This document shows positions 50,899 through 64,000 of a DNA stretch of 64,000 nucleotides, piece by piece. This DNA is from Eledone cirrhosa (taxonomy: Eukaryota), in NCBI GenBank assembly GCA_964016885.1, contig OZ024743.1, forward strand, positions 324,322,001 through 324,386,000, given 5' to 3'. How positions within the stretch are numbered: the first letter of the stretch is position 1; every line of letters begins with the position of its first letter. The position numbers and the translations under genes are program-made. The notes beneath the pieces are model-generated. The model had not been told where the DNA came from and searched no databases. It saw nothing but the letters and a program-made list of their open reading frames with translations.

Positions 50899-52149
50899 CA
50901 CTCTCTCATTGGTTATTGTTTGTTATATTTTTACTTAATGACCTCTTTTCAATAAAGATGTAAGATTTAAGACAAAAATTGGTGTTTGCAGCCATCACTA
51001 CCACCAACACCACATTCTTTCTCTCTCTGTCACACACACACTCACCATTCCCTTCCTACAATATAACTGGCAGTTTACACTACAGATACAATCACTTTAA
51101 TATAATACAAAACTACAATTTCTTCCTAGAAAATATATCTAAAGATTCATTAAATATTTATAATTTAAAAAATGCCAACTAAATTGTAGTTCTTGAAGAA
51201 TGTGTCAAAGAAGTATTTAATGCAGCTGCCTTTCCATTTGTTTGGAACTCTTTGGAAAATAAGAGAGTTTTGGAATGAAAATATAAACATCAACAACTAG
51301 TTTTACAGTCTAGATTATAAATTTAAAAAAAACTGGTCAGTAAAACTGTAGAATTTAAGGATACAGACATCATTGAGTAGTTACAATGTTCGTTTTACAT
51401 TCATAATTTTTAAAATAGCCAAGAATTTGAAGGGATTTACTTATATAACTAACTTTCTCATTATTAAGTTGGTACCTGGAAAATAATTTAACAAAGGTTC
51501 TCATATGAAATTATGATGGAAGCCTTTTAGAAAGATAAAACAATCTAACTCTTTCATTATATGTTTAATGAAAGACATTACCTATGATTTTCAAATCATT
51601 TTGAATGTGACCAAGAATTTGAAGTGATTTACAAATATAACTAACTTTCTCATTATTTAGCTAATTTTTGGAGCATAACTTAACATATGTTCCTCTCTAG
51701 TGCTGGAGTCATGATTACTGCTCCCAGTAGACTCTGTAATCTGCTGGAAAGTGTGTAAGCTGCAGAACCATGGCTCACCTGAGAGGTCAGTAGCTCTGAT
51801 TAAGTATTGACTTGATCTATGACAATCTATCCACCACTTTCTAACATGGAAGAAAGGCTGTTAAATTATTATGATGATGATGATGATGACATACCTAACT
51901 GTTAACCCATTTCTGGCTGCTTTTCTCAAGAAATACACTCTATTTCAATCAATGAAGAAGTTTGAGGGGTTCACTTCTTTACTAAGATAGTAACTTAACA
52001 TATGATTCTTATGTAAAATTATGTTGGACAATTGATTTTAATTTAAATAAAATTCCTGTAAAATGGGTGGTTTTGTTTCATAGAACTAGAGCTGGTTTTG
52101 GTTGGGTTGGTATGAAAAATATATAATCTTCTACTATAATACCTTGTCT

Positions 52150-52440
52150 AGGTGTGTAGCTTAGAGGTTAAGGTGTTTGGCTCATGATTGTAAGGTTGTG
52201 AGTTCAATTCCTGGCACAGCATTGTATCTTTGAGTGAGATATTTTATTTCTCATTGCTCTAGTTCACTCACCTGGAAAAAATAGTTGTACCTGTAATTCA
52301 AACAGCCAGCTATGTCACACACTGTGTCATGCTGAGAACTACATTAAGAGTACACTTATCATTAGAATGCAAAGCCACTTGTAAGTTAATTTCACAAGCA
52401 GGCTGCTCCATTGCTAGAAATAATTGGAACACTCATCATC
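52150..52440 (+). mobile_element. Old CORE-type SINE (related copy 54950-55260, minus strand)
   Basis: Decayed A-box, B-box GAGTTCAATTC, CORE-like body and a different 3' part shared between the two copies. Confidence 0.7.
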
Positions 52441-52609
52441 AGAAAAGGCAGAAATCCAACACAACTGGCGACAACTTCGATTGCTTACAACAACATGAAT
52501 ATGATTTATTTTCTAGCAAAGAAGATAGACATAAAATGGTGATGATGATGTAAAACAATGAAGACCATTGATTCTGCAGTGAAATAGATATGAAAACAAT
52601 ATGGTATTA

Positions 52610-52952
52610 CAGTGGAACCTCGATTCACAAATGCCTCTCATCACGAACAAATTAGTTCATGAACAATTTTTCCAAACGCAAAATGTTTTGAGTGATAAAT
52701 GGTATCTTGAAGATTGAACACGCAAGCCATCAACAATGTTTGGCGACAAACTGGGAGTATCAGCAGGAAAGTGTCACTTGCTATGTAGTTAGTTAGTATG
52801 ATGATATCTATCTATCTATCACACATAGTCTCTCTATCAGTGTATTTTTCTCTCAACATTTCATATGGGAAAAATAGTTTTGGTTTACAAACATTTTGGA
52901 TGATGAATGGTCTTCAGAAACAAATTAAGTTCGTGAACCAAGGTTTCCACTG
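52610..52952. mobile_element. Tc1/mariner (pogo/Tigger-like) MITE
   Basis: TA|CAGTGGAACCTCGATTCACAAA ... TTCGTGAACCAAGGTTTCCACTG|TA: imperfect TIRs with TA target duplication. Confidence 0.8.
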
Positions 52953-55900
52953 TATTTGTATCAACATGTTAGCTAATCATATACGCTGGCATCATCACCA
53001 TTTAGCATCTATTGTTCATGCCTGCATGGATTAGACAAGCTGTCAAGTTATGAAGCTAGACAAGTCAAGTAACTACACCTTGCTCATATGATCCATTTTT
53101 GGCTTGGTTTTCTATCGCTGGATGCCCTTCTTAATATCAGCCATGTTTCAGCATGTACTGAAAACTTTTTTCATGAAACCAGTACTATAACTCAGAGAGC
53201 AGTTTAAGGTCTTTTTATTGTAACACCAGTAGTACCACCTCAGAGGGTAGATTGGAGGCTTTTTGTTGTTACCCTAGTACGACCATCTTACAGGGTGAAC
53301 TGAATGACTTTTGCTGTGGCACTAGTACAGCCACTTTTCAAGATGGACTGAGGTCTTTTTTTTTTTTGCACAACCACCTTACAGGATAGACTGGGTGCTT
53401 TTTGTCATGGCTCCAGTACAATGAAGGTCACAGTTTGCTTGAACTGATAACTGAACTACTGCTATAGGGAACTATAAATATGTCAACCACTATTGTGAAC
53501 TACAATTTAGTGAAGGTGTGTGGCCTAATGTTTAGTGGGTGCAGCTTCTGAACCATGTGGTCTGTTGTGTTTTTGAGCTAGCTACTCCATTCTATAAGGC
53601 CTTTCCTGATAAAAAGAGGGCCCCTATCATTAAAACATTTGAGAAACCTTCAATGAGATGCTGCTGCATACGTGGCCACCCACACCTATATAAGTGTGAG
53701 CTGTAACAACAACATAAGACTGAGGCCCTCTCATTAAAACACCCATAAAGCCTCATATAAGATACAACCATGTTGGAGACCAGCTAAACCTACATGGGTG
53801 TGAGCTGTAACAACAGCAACATGATATGACTTTGGCCCCTATATGATACAACCTTGTAGGAGGCCAACTGAACCTACATGGGTGTGAGTTGGAAATTTCA
53901 AATTTTCAAGAGTTATCTACAGTTTAGTGTTTTTCCAATTGACTTTGACTGCTCATAAATTTTCTAATGTATATTTCAACTTAAATATTGCAGAGGCAAA
54001 ATAATGTATATGTTAACTTAAATATTGAAGGTGTAGGTTACAATTTATGCTGATGGAATTTATAAAATCTATAAAACAGAGGCACACCTGTCCACATTTT
54101 TTCTGTCTCTAAGGGTAATTTACCCAATTTTCTCAACTATTATCTTTAGTGATCAAATGTTATTACATCTATTTTCTTCATTTGAGGCACTCACATTACC
54201 AAATACATTAAAATATATGCATTATTAACCCTTTCATTACCATATTTCTAACAAAAGACACTGCTTATGATTTTCAAATAATTTGAAAAAATATCTCAGA
54301 ATGAATTTATATAACTTTCTCATAATGAAGCTGGTATTTGGAACCTAACTTAATAAAGGTTCTTACATAAAATTACAATAGAAGGTTTTCGTGTAAATAT
54401 AAACATTTTAACCCTTTTATCATCATATTTGCATGAAAGATATTTCCTATGATTTTCAAATAATTTTTAAAATGGTCAAAAATTTGGAGGGATTTATCAA
54501 TATAACTAACTTACTGCTGTTTGAAATATAAAAATGACTGTTATATAAAATTATGATGGAAGGTTTTTAGATAAATATAAACACTTTAAAATAAACATTT
54601 TTCTGTCACAGAACAAGGAACTGTTTGGTATGAAAACGGTTAAGAAAGTTATGAGGTGGGAGCCACTGAAGTGTAGTTATACCTACATGATGTTGGTCAT
54701 AGCGTCATGTATTCACAGACATTGGTCCAGAAGCAACACCAAAAGACTAAGTGACTATGTAAGTCACTCTTCTCCTTGGAATACACACACGTACACACAC
54801 ATGAACAACCCCAGCCCATCGAAACCCAGACACAAACACATATAAACACACACATACACACAGACAGAAACACACAGACTGATAGACAGACACACAAACT
54901 CAAGCACTCACAGAGACTCACAAATAAACACATGTTGCTGGATCACCATCAGTAACAGTGATGAGTGCTCCAGTTCTTGATCAATAGAACAGCTTACTTA
55001 TGAAACTAACATGCAAGTGGCTGAGCATTCCACTAACATATGTACCCTTAATGTAGTTCTCAGAGCAATTAAATGTGATACCGTATGTGTCAAAGTTGGC
55101 CCTTTGAATTACAGGTACAATTTAGTTTTGCCAGCTGAGTTGACTGGAACAATGTGAAATAAAGTGTCTTACTCAAGGACACAACACACTGCCTGGAATT
55201 GAACTCATGACCTAGCAATTGTGGGTCAAATGGCATAACCACTAAACCACACCCCTTCACACATACTATGCATGACTGATTCTAAAAAGAAAGAGCTAAT
55301 GATGGACAATTGCCATAACAAACTTGAATTTAAGTATGCCTCTTTTTTTTATCTTCAGGGGTACTTTACTCTATTTATTCATCTATTATTTATAGCTATC
55401 AACTAATATTTTAGTTTTCTACATTGTGGCGACTATATTTTCAAATTTCAAATTTTCCAATGCTTCGTAAATTAACCAAATGGTCTTTACACATTGTGAG
55501 TATACTCAGTCAAAAATGAGTACCAGCATCAGCTAGGGGTTTAACCCTGCAATGGATTCGTGTCCTGTCCAGAGGTGAGTCTTGTACTCTTAGTTGCTTC
55601 ATGCCATAAAACCAGGATAAGCACTAGGCTTACAAGCCTTTAATGGCTTAGACTCTTTACACATTATAAAGAAGTTTTATTCATTAACAAACATCACAAA
55701 GTGAGTTGGCAACTAACATTAAAAATGTAAACACTATTTAAATAAACTTTATGATTTACAGAAATCAAATGAATAAAATTTAGAAAAAGACAAAAAGAAA
55801 AATGAGAAAAACGTGCACAATCAGTTACAAATTACAAGGAATGTTGGTGTTGTATAATCCTCCTGATCCTCATAATTTCCCTGCTAGCAAGGGTTGCCCT

Positions 55901-57434
55901 CTAAAATATCTTTGAGACAAGCCAAGACACTCAAAGCATTAGCACAAGTGATAGAAGGTCCCTCAGTTATACACTACAACAGTGAATGGTGGTGTTGCTT
56001 CCTAAATATCTTAACTCAGGGTGCACAGAGCCAGAATGAATACAGAAATACTTTTCATCAAATGACTTAATAACTCTGCACTTTATCATCTATATTGAGT
56101 AATCAAGTGAAGTAATAAGAATGATGTTGACTTCTAGTAATTGTGGTAATTGTTTTTACAGGGATTGGTCATAATTAATGGTGAAATTAAGCATTGTCAG
56201 TAGAATTCAATTATATTTGTGCTCAGTTCCTCATATCATTTCCCTAGATATTGTTCTGTGCAAGTTGCATGATAAACTGCATCCAATACACATTGTAAAG
56301 TGGTAGTGCTGGTACCATAATGAAATTCTTCCAGTAGTAACTGTAAAGTGGTAGTGCTGGCGCCATGATAAAATGCACACAGTTTACACTGTAAAGTGGT
56401 AGTGTTAATGCCATGGTAAAATAAACACAATACACTTTAAGCACAAATGTTGGATGTAGTGGTTGTTGAAATGTGTTGGTTGATGTATTGTATGTTTTGA
56501 TTGATGTGAAAAAAAAAAAATGATCAAACCAACAATGAATTGAGACAGAATAACAAGAAACAAAATGCCAAAATTTAGATGATTTTATTTCTATTATGGA
56601 ATCTAATGAAACCATGTGGCAAATAATAACAGTTAAAAGGTTGAAGGAACAGAGAGTGTTTTGTCAACATGTTGCTGAATATAATGTTTATAGATCAGAG
56701 TATTTTGTCGTGATGTTTTGGAATTAATGTGTGAATGTGTGCATGTGGAAATGTGGCTTGAGAAATATGTTCATGGTAGGCGAAGGAGTGGAAGAGAGTG
56801 AATGCAGATTTGCTAGTTGAGATAAGTGGTGAGTGCTATGTCATGATTTGGCTGTAACAGCATCAATTACTGCAGCAACTACCTCTGCTGAAGTTTCTTG
56901 TCCAGTGTATAAGAGGGAACAGAAAGAACATGAACAGAAGGGAAAAAAGCCCCAAAATAGAATGTATGAGCAATATGTGGTTCTCCAATTTATCCAGCCT
57001 CAAACTGTAACAACTTGTCCAACACATGCCAGCATGGAAAGCAGATGTGAAAGAATGATGCATCATCCTGATGGTCATGATGATGGTGGTGCTGGCGTGG
57101 GTTGAATGGGTTGTCATGGTTTGAGACAAGACAGGTCGGAGCGATCTCATTTTGCTTATACGTTCCATATGTAGCATGGTTTCTATGACTGGATGCCTTT
57201 CCTAACACCAACAACTTTACAGAGTATACTGGGTGCATTTTTTCCTGGCACTTTACAAAGAGTGTTGGTTGCATTATATTGTCATCAACATTAGAGAGGT
57301 TGTAATATGCACATCTAGACTGAAGAGACCTCTCAAATGCTATATTATCTCTAGTCAATAACCAATAATATATCCTCTAGTCTCTTACTATGTTTACAGT
57401 GCTTGTACTGGTTGAATGGTCTTTTGTAATATGG

Positions 57435-60400
57435 CATATCACCAGCCATCTCAGTCCTGTGTCATATATTATGACATATCACCTGTCAGCTCAGTCCTGT
57501 GTCATATATTATGACATATCACCAGCCATCTCAGTCCTGTGTCATATATTATGACATATCACCAGCCATCTCAGTCCTGTGTCATATATTATGACATATC
57601 ACCAGTTAGCTCAGTCCCGTGTCATATATTATGACATATCACATGTCATCTCAGTTCTATGTCATATATTATGATATATCACCAGTCAGCTCAGTCCTGT
57701 GTCATATATTATGACATATATCATAAGTCAGCTCAGTCCTATGTCATATATTATGACATATCACATGTCATCTCAGTTCTATGTCATATATTATGATATA
57801 TCACCAGTCAGCTCAGTCCTATGTCATATATTATGACATATCACCAGGCAGCTCAGTCCTGTTACATATATAATGACATATTACCAGTCAGCTCAGTTCT
57901 ATGTCATATGTTATGACATATCACCAGTCAGCTCAGTCCTGTGTCAAAATATTATGACATATCACCAGTCAGCTCAGTCCTGTGTCATATATTATGACAT
58001 ATCACCAGTCAGCTCAGTCCTGTGTCCTTTATTATGACATATCACCAGTCAGCTCAGTCCTATGTCATATAGTATGACATATCACCAGTCACCTCAGTCA
58101 TGTGTCATATATTATGACATATCACCAGTCAGCTCAGTCCTATGTCATATAGTATGACATATCACCAGTCACCTCAGTCGTGTGTCATATATTATGACAT
58201 ATCACCAGTCAGCTCAGTCCTATGTCATATAGTATGACATATCACCAGTCACCTCAGTCGTGTGTCATATATTATGACATATCACCTGTCAGCTCAGTCC
58301 GGTGTCATATATTATGACATATCACCTGTCAGCTCAGTCCTGTGTCATATATTATGATATATCACCTGTCAGCTCAGTCCTGTGTCATATATTATGACAT
58401 ATCACCAGTCAGCTCAGTCCTGTGTCATATATTATGACATATCACCTGTCAGCTCAGTCCTGTGTGACATATTATGACATATCACCAGTCAGCTCAGTCC
58501 TATGTCATATATTATGACACATCACCAGTCAGCTCAGTCCTGTGTCATATATTATGACACATCACCATTCAGCTCAGTCCTATGTCATATATTATGACAT
58601 ATCACCAGCCAGCTCAGTTCTATGTCATATATTATGACATATCACCAGTCAGCTCTCCGTCCTGTGTCATATATTATGACATATCATGAGTCAGTTCAGT
58701 CTTCTGTCATATATTTTAACATAATATATGACACAGGAGTGAGGTGAATGGTGATATGTAATAATATATGACATAGGACTGAGCTGACTGGTGATATGTC
58801 ATAATACAGGACACAGGACTGAGCTGACTGGTGATATATCATAATATATGACATAGGACTGAGCTGACTGGTAATATCTCATTATATATGACACTGGACT
58901 GAGCTGACTGGTGATATGTTATAATATATGACACTGGACTTATCACCTGTCAGCTCAGTCCTATGTCATATAGTATGACATATCACAAGTCAGCTCAGTC
59001 CTGTGTCATATATTATGACATATCACCAGTCAGCTCAGTCCTGTGTCATATATTATGACATATCACAAGTCAGCTCAGTCCTATGTCATATATTATGACA
59101 TATCACCAGTCAGCTCAGTCCTGTGTAACATATTATGACATATCACCAGTCAGCTCAGTCCTGTGTCATATATTATGACATATCACCAGTCACCTCAGTC
59201 GTGTGTCATATATTATGACATATCCCCAGTCACCTCAGTCCTGTGTCATATATTATGACATATCACCAGTCAGCTCAGTCCTGTGTCATATATTATGACA
59301 TATCACCAGTCAGCTCAGTCCTATGTCATATATTATGACATATCACCAGTCAGCTCAGTCCTGTGTCATATATTATGACATATCACCAGTCAACTCAGTC
59401 CTATGTCATATATAATGACATATTACCTGTCAGCTCAGTCCTATGTCATATATTATAACATATCACCAGTCAGCTCAGTTCTATGTCATATATTATGACA
59501 TACCACAAGTCAGCTCAGTCCTATGTCATATATTATGACATATCACAAGTCAGCTCAGTCCTATATCATATATTATGACATATCACCAGTCAGCTCAGTC
59601 CTGTGTCATATATTATGACATATCACCACTCAGCTCAGTCCTGTGTCATATATTATGACATATCACCAGTCAGCTCAGTCCTATGTCATATATTATGACA
59701 TATCACCAGTCAGCTTAGTCCTGTATCATATATTATGACATATCACCAGGCAGCTCAGTCCTGTGTCATATATTATGACATATCACCAGTCAGCTTAGTC
59801 CTGTGTCATATATTATGACATATCACCAGGCAGCTCAGTCCTGTGTCATATATTATGACATATCACCAGTCAGCTTAGTCCTGTGTCATATATTATGACA
59901 TATCACCAGTCAGCTCAGTCCTGTGTCGTATATTATGACATATCACCAGTCAGCTCAGTCCTGTGTCATATAGTATGACCTATCACCAGTCACCTCAGTC
60001 GTGTGTCATATATTATGACATATCACAAGTCAGCTCAGTTCTATGTCATATATTATGACATATCACCAGTCAGCTCAGTTCTGTGTAATATATTATGACA
60101 TATTACCAGTCAGCTCAGTTCTATGTCATATATTATGACATATCAGCACTCAGCTCAGTCCTGTGTCATATATTATGACATATCAACAGTCAGCTCAGTC
60201 CAGTGTCATATATTATGACATATCACCAGCCAGCTCAGTCCTGTGTCATATATTACGACATATCACCGGTCAGCTCAGTCCTATGTCATGTATTATGACA
60301 TATCACCAGTCAGCTCAGTCCTGTGTCATATATTATGACATATCACCAGTCACCTCAGTCGTGTGTCATATATTATGACATATCACCAGTCAGCTCAGCC

Positions 60401-63400
60401 CTATCTCATATATTATGACATATCACCAGTCAGCTCAGTCCTGTGTCATATAGTATGACATATCACCAGTCAGCTCAGTCCTGTGTCATATATTATGACA
60501 TATCACCGGTCAGCTCAGCCCTATGTCATATATTATGACATATCACCAGTCAGCTCAGTCCTATGTCATATATTATGACATATCACCAGTCAGCTCAGCC
60601 CTATGTCATATATTATGACATATCACCAGTCAGCTCAGTCCTGTGTAACATATTATGACATATCACCAGTCAGCTCAGTCCTGTGTCATATATTATGACA
60701 TATCAGCAGTCACCTCAGTCGTGTGTCATATATTATGACATATCCCAGTCACCTCAGTCCTGTGTCATATATTATGACCTATCACCTGTCAGCTCAGTCC
60801 TGTGTCATATAGTATGACATATCACCAGTCAGCTCAGTCCTATGTCATATATTATGACATATCACCAGTCAGCTCAGTCCTGTGTCATATATTATGACAT
60901 ATCACCATTCAACTCAGTCCTATGTCATATATAATGACATATTACCTGTCAGCTCAGTCCTATGTCATATATTATAACATATCACCAGTCAGCTCAGTTC
61001 TATGTCATATATTATGACATATCACAAGTCAGCTCAGTCCTATGTCATATATTATGACATATCACAAGTCAGCTCAGACCTATGTCATATATTATGACAT
61101 ATCACCAGTCAGCTCAGTCCTGTGTCCTGTATTATGACATATCACAAGTCAGCTCAGTCCTGTGTCATATATTATGACATATCACAAGTCAGCTCAGTCC
61201 TGTGTCCTGTATTATGATATATCACCAGTCAGCTCAGTCCTGTGTCATATATTATGACATATCACCACTCAGCTCAGTCCTGTGTCATATAGTATGACCT
61301 ATCACCAGTCACCTCAGTCCTGTGTCATATAGTATGACATATCACAAGTCAGCTCAGTCCTATGTCATATATTATAACATATCACCAGTCAGCTCAGTCC
61401 TGTGTCATATATTATGACATATCACCAGTCAGCTCAGTCCTATGTCATATATTATGACATATCACCAGTCAGCTTAGTCATGTGTCATATATTATGACAT
61501 ATCACCAGGCAGCTCAGTCTTGTGTCATATAATATGACATATCACCAGTCAGCTTAGTCCTGTGTCATATATTATGACATATCACCAGGCAGCTCAGTCC
61601 TGTGTCATATATTATGACCTATCACCAGTCAGCTTAGTCCTGTGTCATATATTATGACCTATCACCAGTCAGCTCAGTCCTGTGTCCTGTATTATGACAT
61701 ATCACCAGTCAGCTCAGTCCTGTGTCATATATTATGACATATCACCAGTCAGCTCAGTCCTGTGTCATATATTATGACCTATCACCAGTCAGCTCAGTCC
61801 TGTGTCCTGTATTATGACATATCACCAGTCAGCTCAGTCCTGTGTCATATATTATGATATATCACCAGTCAGCTCAGTCCTATGTCATATAGTATGACAT
61901 ATCATAAGTCAGCTCAGTCCTATGTCATATATTATGACATATCACCTGTCAGCTCAGTCCTGTCATATATTATGACATATCACCAGTCAACTCAGTCCTG
62001 TGTCATGTATTATGACATATCACCAGTCAGCTCAGTCCTATGTCATATATTATGACATATCACCAGTCACCTCAGTCCTGTGTCATATATTATGACATAT
62101 CACCAGTCAGCTCAGTCCTATGTCATATATTATGACATATCACAAGTCAGCTCAGTCCTGTGTCATATATTATGACATATCACAAGTCAGCTCAGTCGTG
62201 TTGCATATATTATGACATATCACCACTCAGCTCAGTCCCGTGTCATATATTATGACATATCACCAGCCAGCTCTGTCCTATGTCATATAATATGACATAT
62301 CACCAGCCAGCTCTGTCCTGTTTCATATATTATGACATATCACCAGTCAGCTCAGTCCTGTGTCATATATTATGACATAATATATGACACAGGACGTATC
62401 ACCAGTCAGCTCAGTCCTATGTCATATATTATGACATATCACCAGCTAGCTCAGTCCTGTGTCATATATTATGTCATATCACCAGTCAGCTCAGTCCTGT
62501 GTCATATATTATGACATATCACCAGTCAGCTCAGTCCTATGTCATATATTATGACATATCACAAGTCAGCTCAGTCCTGTGTCATATATTATGACATATC
62601 ACAAGTCAGCTCAGTCCTGTTGCATATATTATGACATATCACCAGTCAGCTCAGTCCCGTGTCATATATTATGACATATCACCAGCCAGCTCTGTCCTAT
62701 GTCATATAATATGACATATCACCAGCCAGCTCTGTCCTGTTTCATATATTATGACATATCACCAGTCAGCTCAGTCCTGTGTCATATATTATGACATAAT
62801 ATATGACACAGGACGTATCACCAGTCAGCTCAGTCCTATGTCATATATTATGACATATCACCAGCTAGCTCAGTCCTGTGTCATATATTATGTCATATCA
62901 CCAGTCAGCTCAGTCCTGTGTCATATATTATGACATATCACCAGTCAGCTCAGTCCTATGTCATATATTATGACATATCACCAGTCAGCTCAGTTCTATG
63001 TCATATATTATGACATATCACAAGTCAGCTCAGTCCTGTGTCCTGTATTATGATATATCACCAGTCAGCTCAGTCCTATGTCATATAGTATGACATATCA
63101 CAAGTCAGCTCAGTCCTATGTCATATATTATGACATATCACCAGTCAGCTCAGTTCTATGTCATATATTATGACATATCACCAGTCAGCTCAGTCCTGTG
63201 TCATGTATTATGACATATCACCAGTCAACTCAGTCCAGTGTCATATATTATAACATATCACCTGTCAGCTCAGTCCTGTGTCATATATTATGACATATCA
63301 CCAGTCAGCTCAGTCCTATGTCATATATTATGACATATCACCAGTCAGCTCAGTCCTATGTTATATATTATGACATATCACCAGTCAGCTCAGTTCTATG

Positions 63401-64000
63401 TCATATATTATGACATATCACCAGTCAGCTCAGTCCTGTGTCATATATTATGACATATCAACAGTCAGCTCAGTCCAGTGTCATATATTATGACATATCA
63501 CCAGTCAGCTCAGTTCTGTGTCATATATTATGACATATCACCAGTCAGCTCAGTCCTGTGTCATGTATTATGACATATCACCAGTCAGCTCAGTCCTATA
63601 TCATGTATTATGACATATCACCAGTCAGCTCAGTTCTATGTCATATAGTATGACATATCACCTGTCAGCTCAGTCCTGTGTCATATATTATGACATATCA
63701 CCCCTCAGCCCAGTCCTGTGTCATATAGTATGACATATCACCAGTCAGCTTACTCCTGTGTCATATATTATGACACATCACCAGTCAGATCAGTCCTGTG
63801 TCATATATTATGTAATTTTACCAGTCAGCTCAGTCCTGTGTCATATATTATGACATATTACCAGTCAGCTCAGTTCTATGTCCTATATTATGATATATCA
63901 CCATGCAGCTCAGTCCTGTGTCATATATTATGACATATCACCAGTCAACTCAGTCCTATGTCATATATTATGACATATCACCAGTCAGCTCAGTCCTGTG
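57435..64000 (+). repeat. 40-bp tandem satellite, consensus ATCACCAGTCAGCTCAGTCCTRTGTCATATATTATGACAT, running off the window
   Basis: ~160 head-to-tail monomers with no unique spacers; inverted block at ~58718-58940. Confidence 0.98.

Noticed and set aside
57435-64000. CRISPR-like array of palindromic repeats
   Set aside because: Monomers are contiguous with no unique spacers and there are no cas genes; the context is eukaryotic, so this is satellite DNA.

Overview
AT-rich, microsatellite-dense eukaryotic repeat DNA with no recognisable host gene, RNA gene or CRISPR array. It is probably from a coleoid cephalopod such as Octopus, inferred from the CORE-type SINEs, the RTE tails and the (TA)n/(TATG)n load. 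The window is an accumulation of transposons. It holds three large L1/Tx1-clade LINEs (two head-to-tail in a (TATC)n tract, one nested in a Helitron) plus an old remnant. It also holds several RTE LINEs, one with an uninterrupted 912-aa ORF carrying a PHD-like finger and one with three C-terminal C2H2 fingers. Other elements are a CRE-type restriction-like endonuclease fragment, three non-autonomous Helitrons, two tRNA-derived SINE families, MITEs and several fold-back palindromes. A 40-bp satellite fills the last ~6.6 kb. The most notable observations are: an in-frame TAG at a Trp codon shared by two independently inserted Tx1 copies, apparent (TATC)/(TA) targeting by Tx1, a PHD finger inside RTE ORF2, a SINE that swapped 3' tails between two RTE partners, and a 640-bp palindrome next to an inversion that splits a LINE. 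All alignments were done by eye and coordinates of degenerate elements are approximate.
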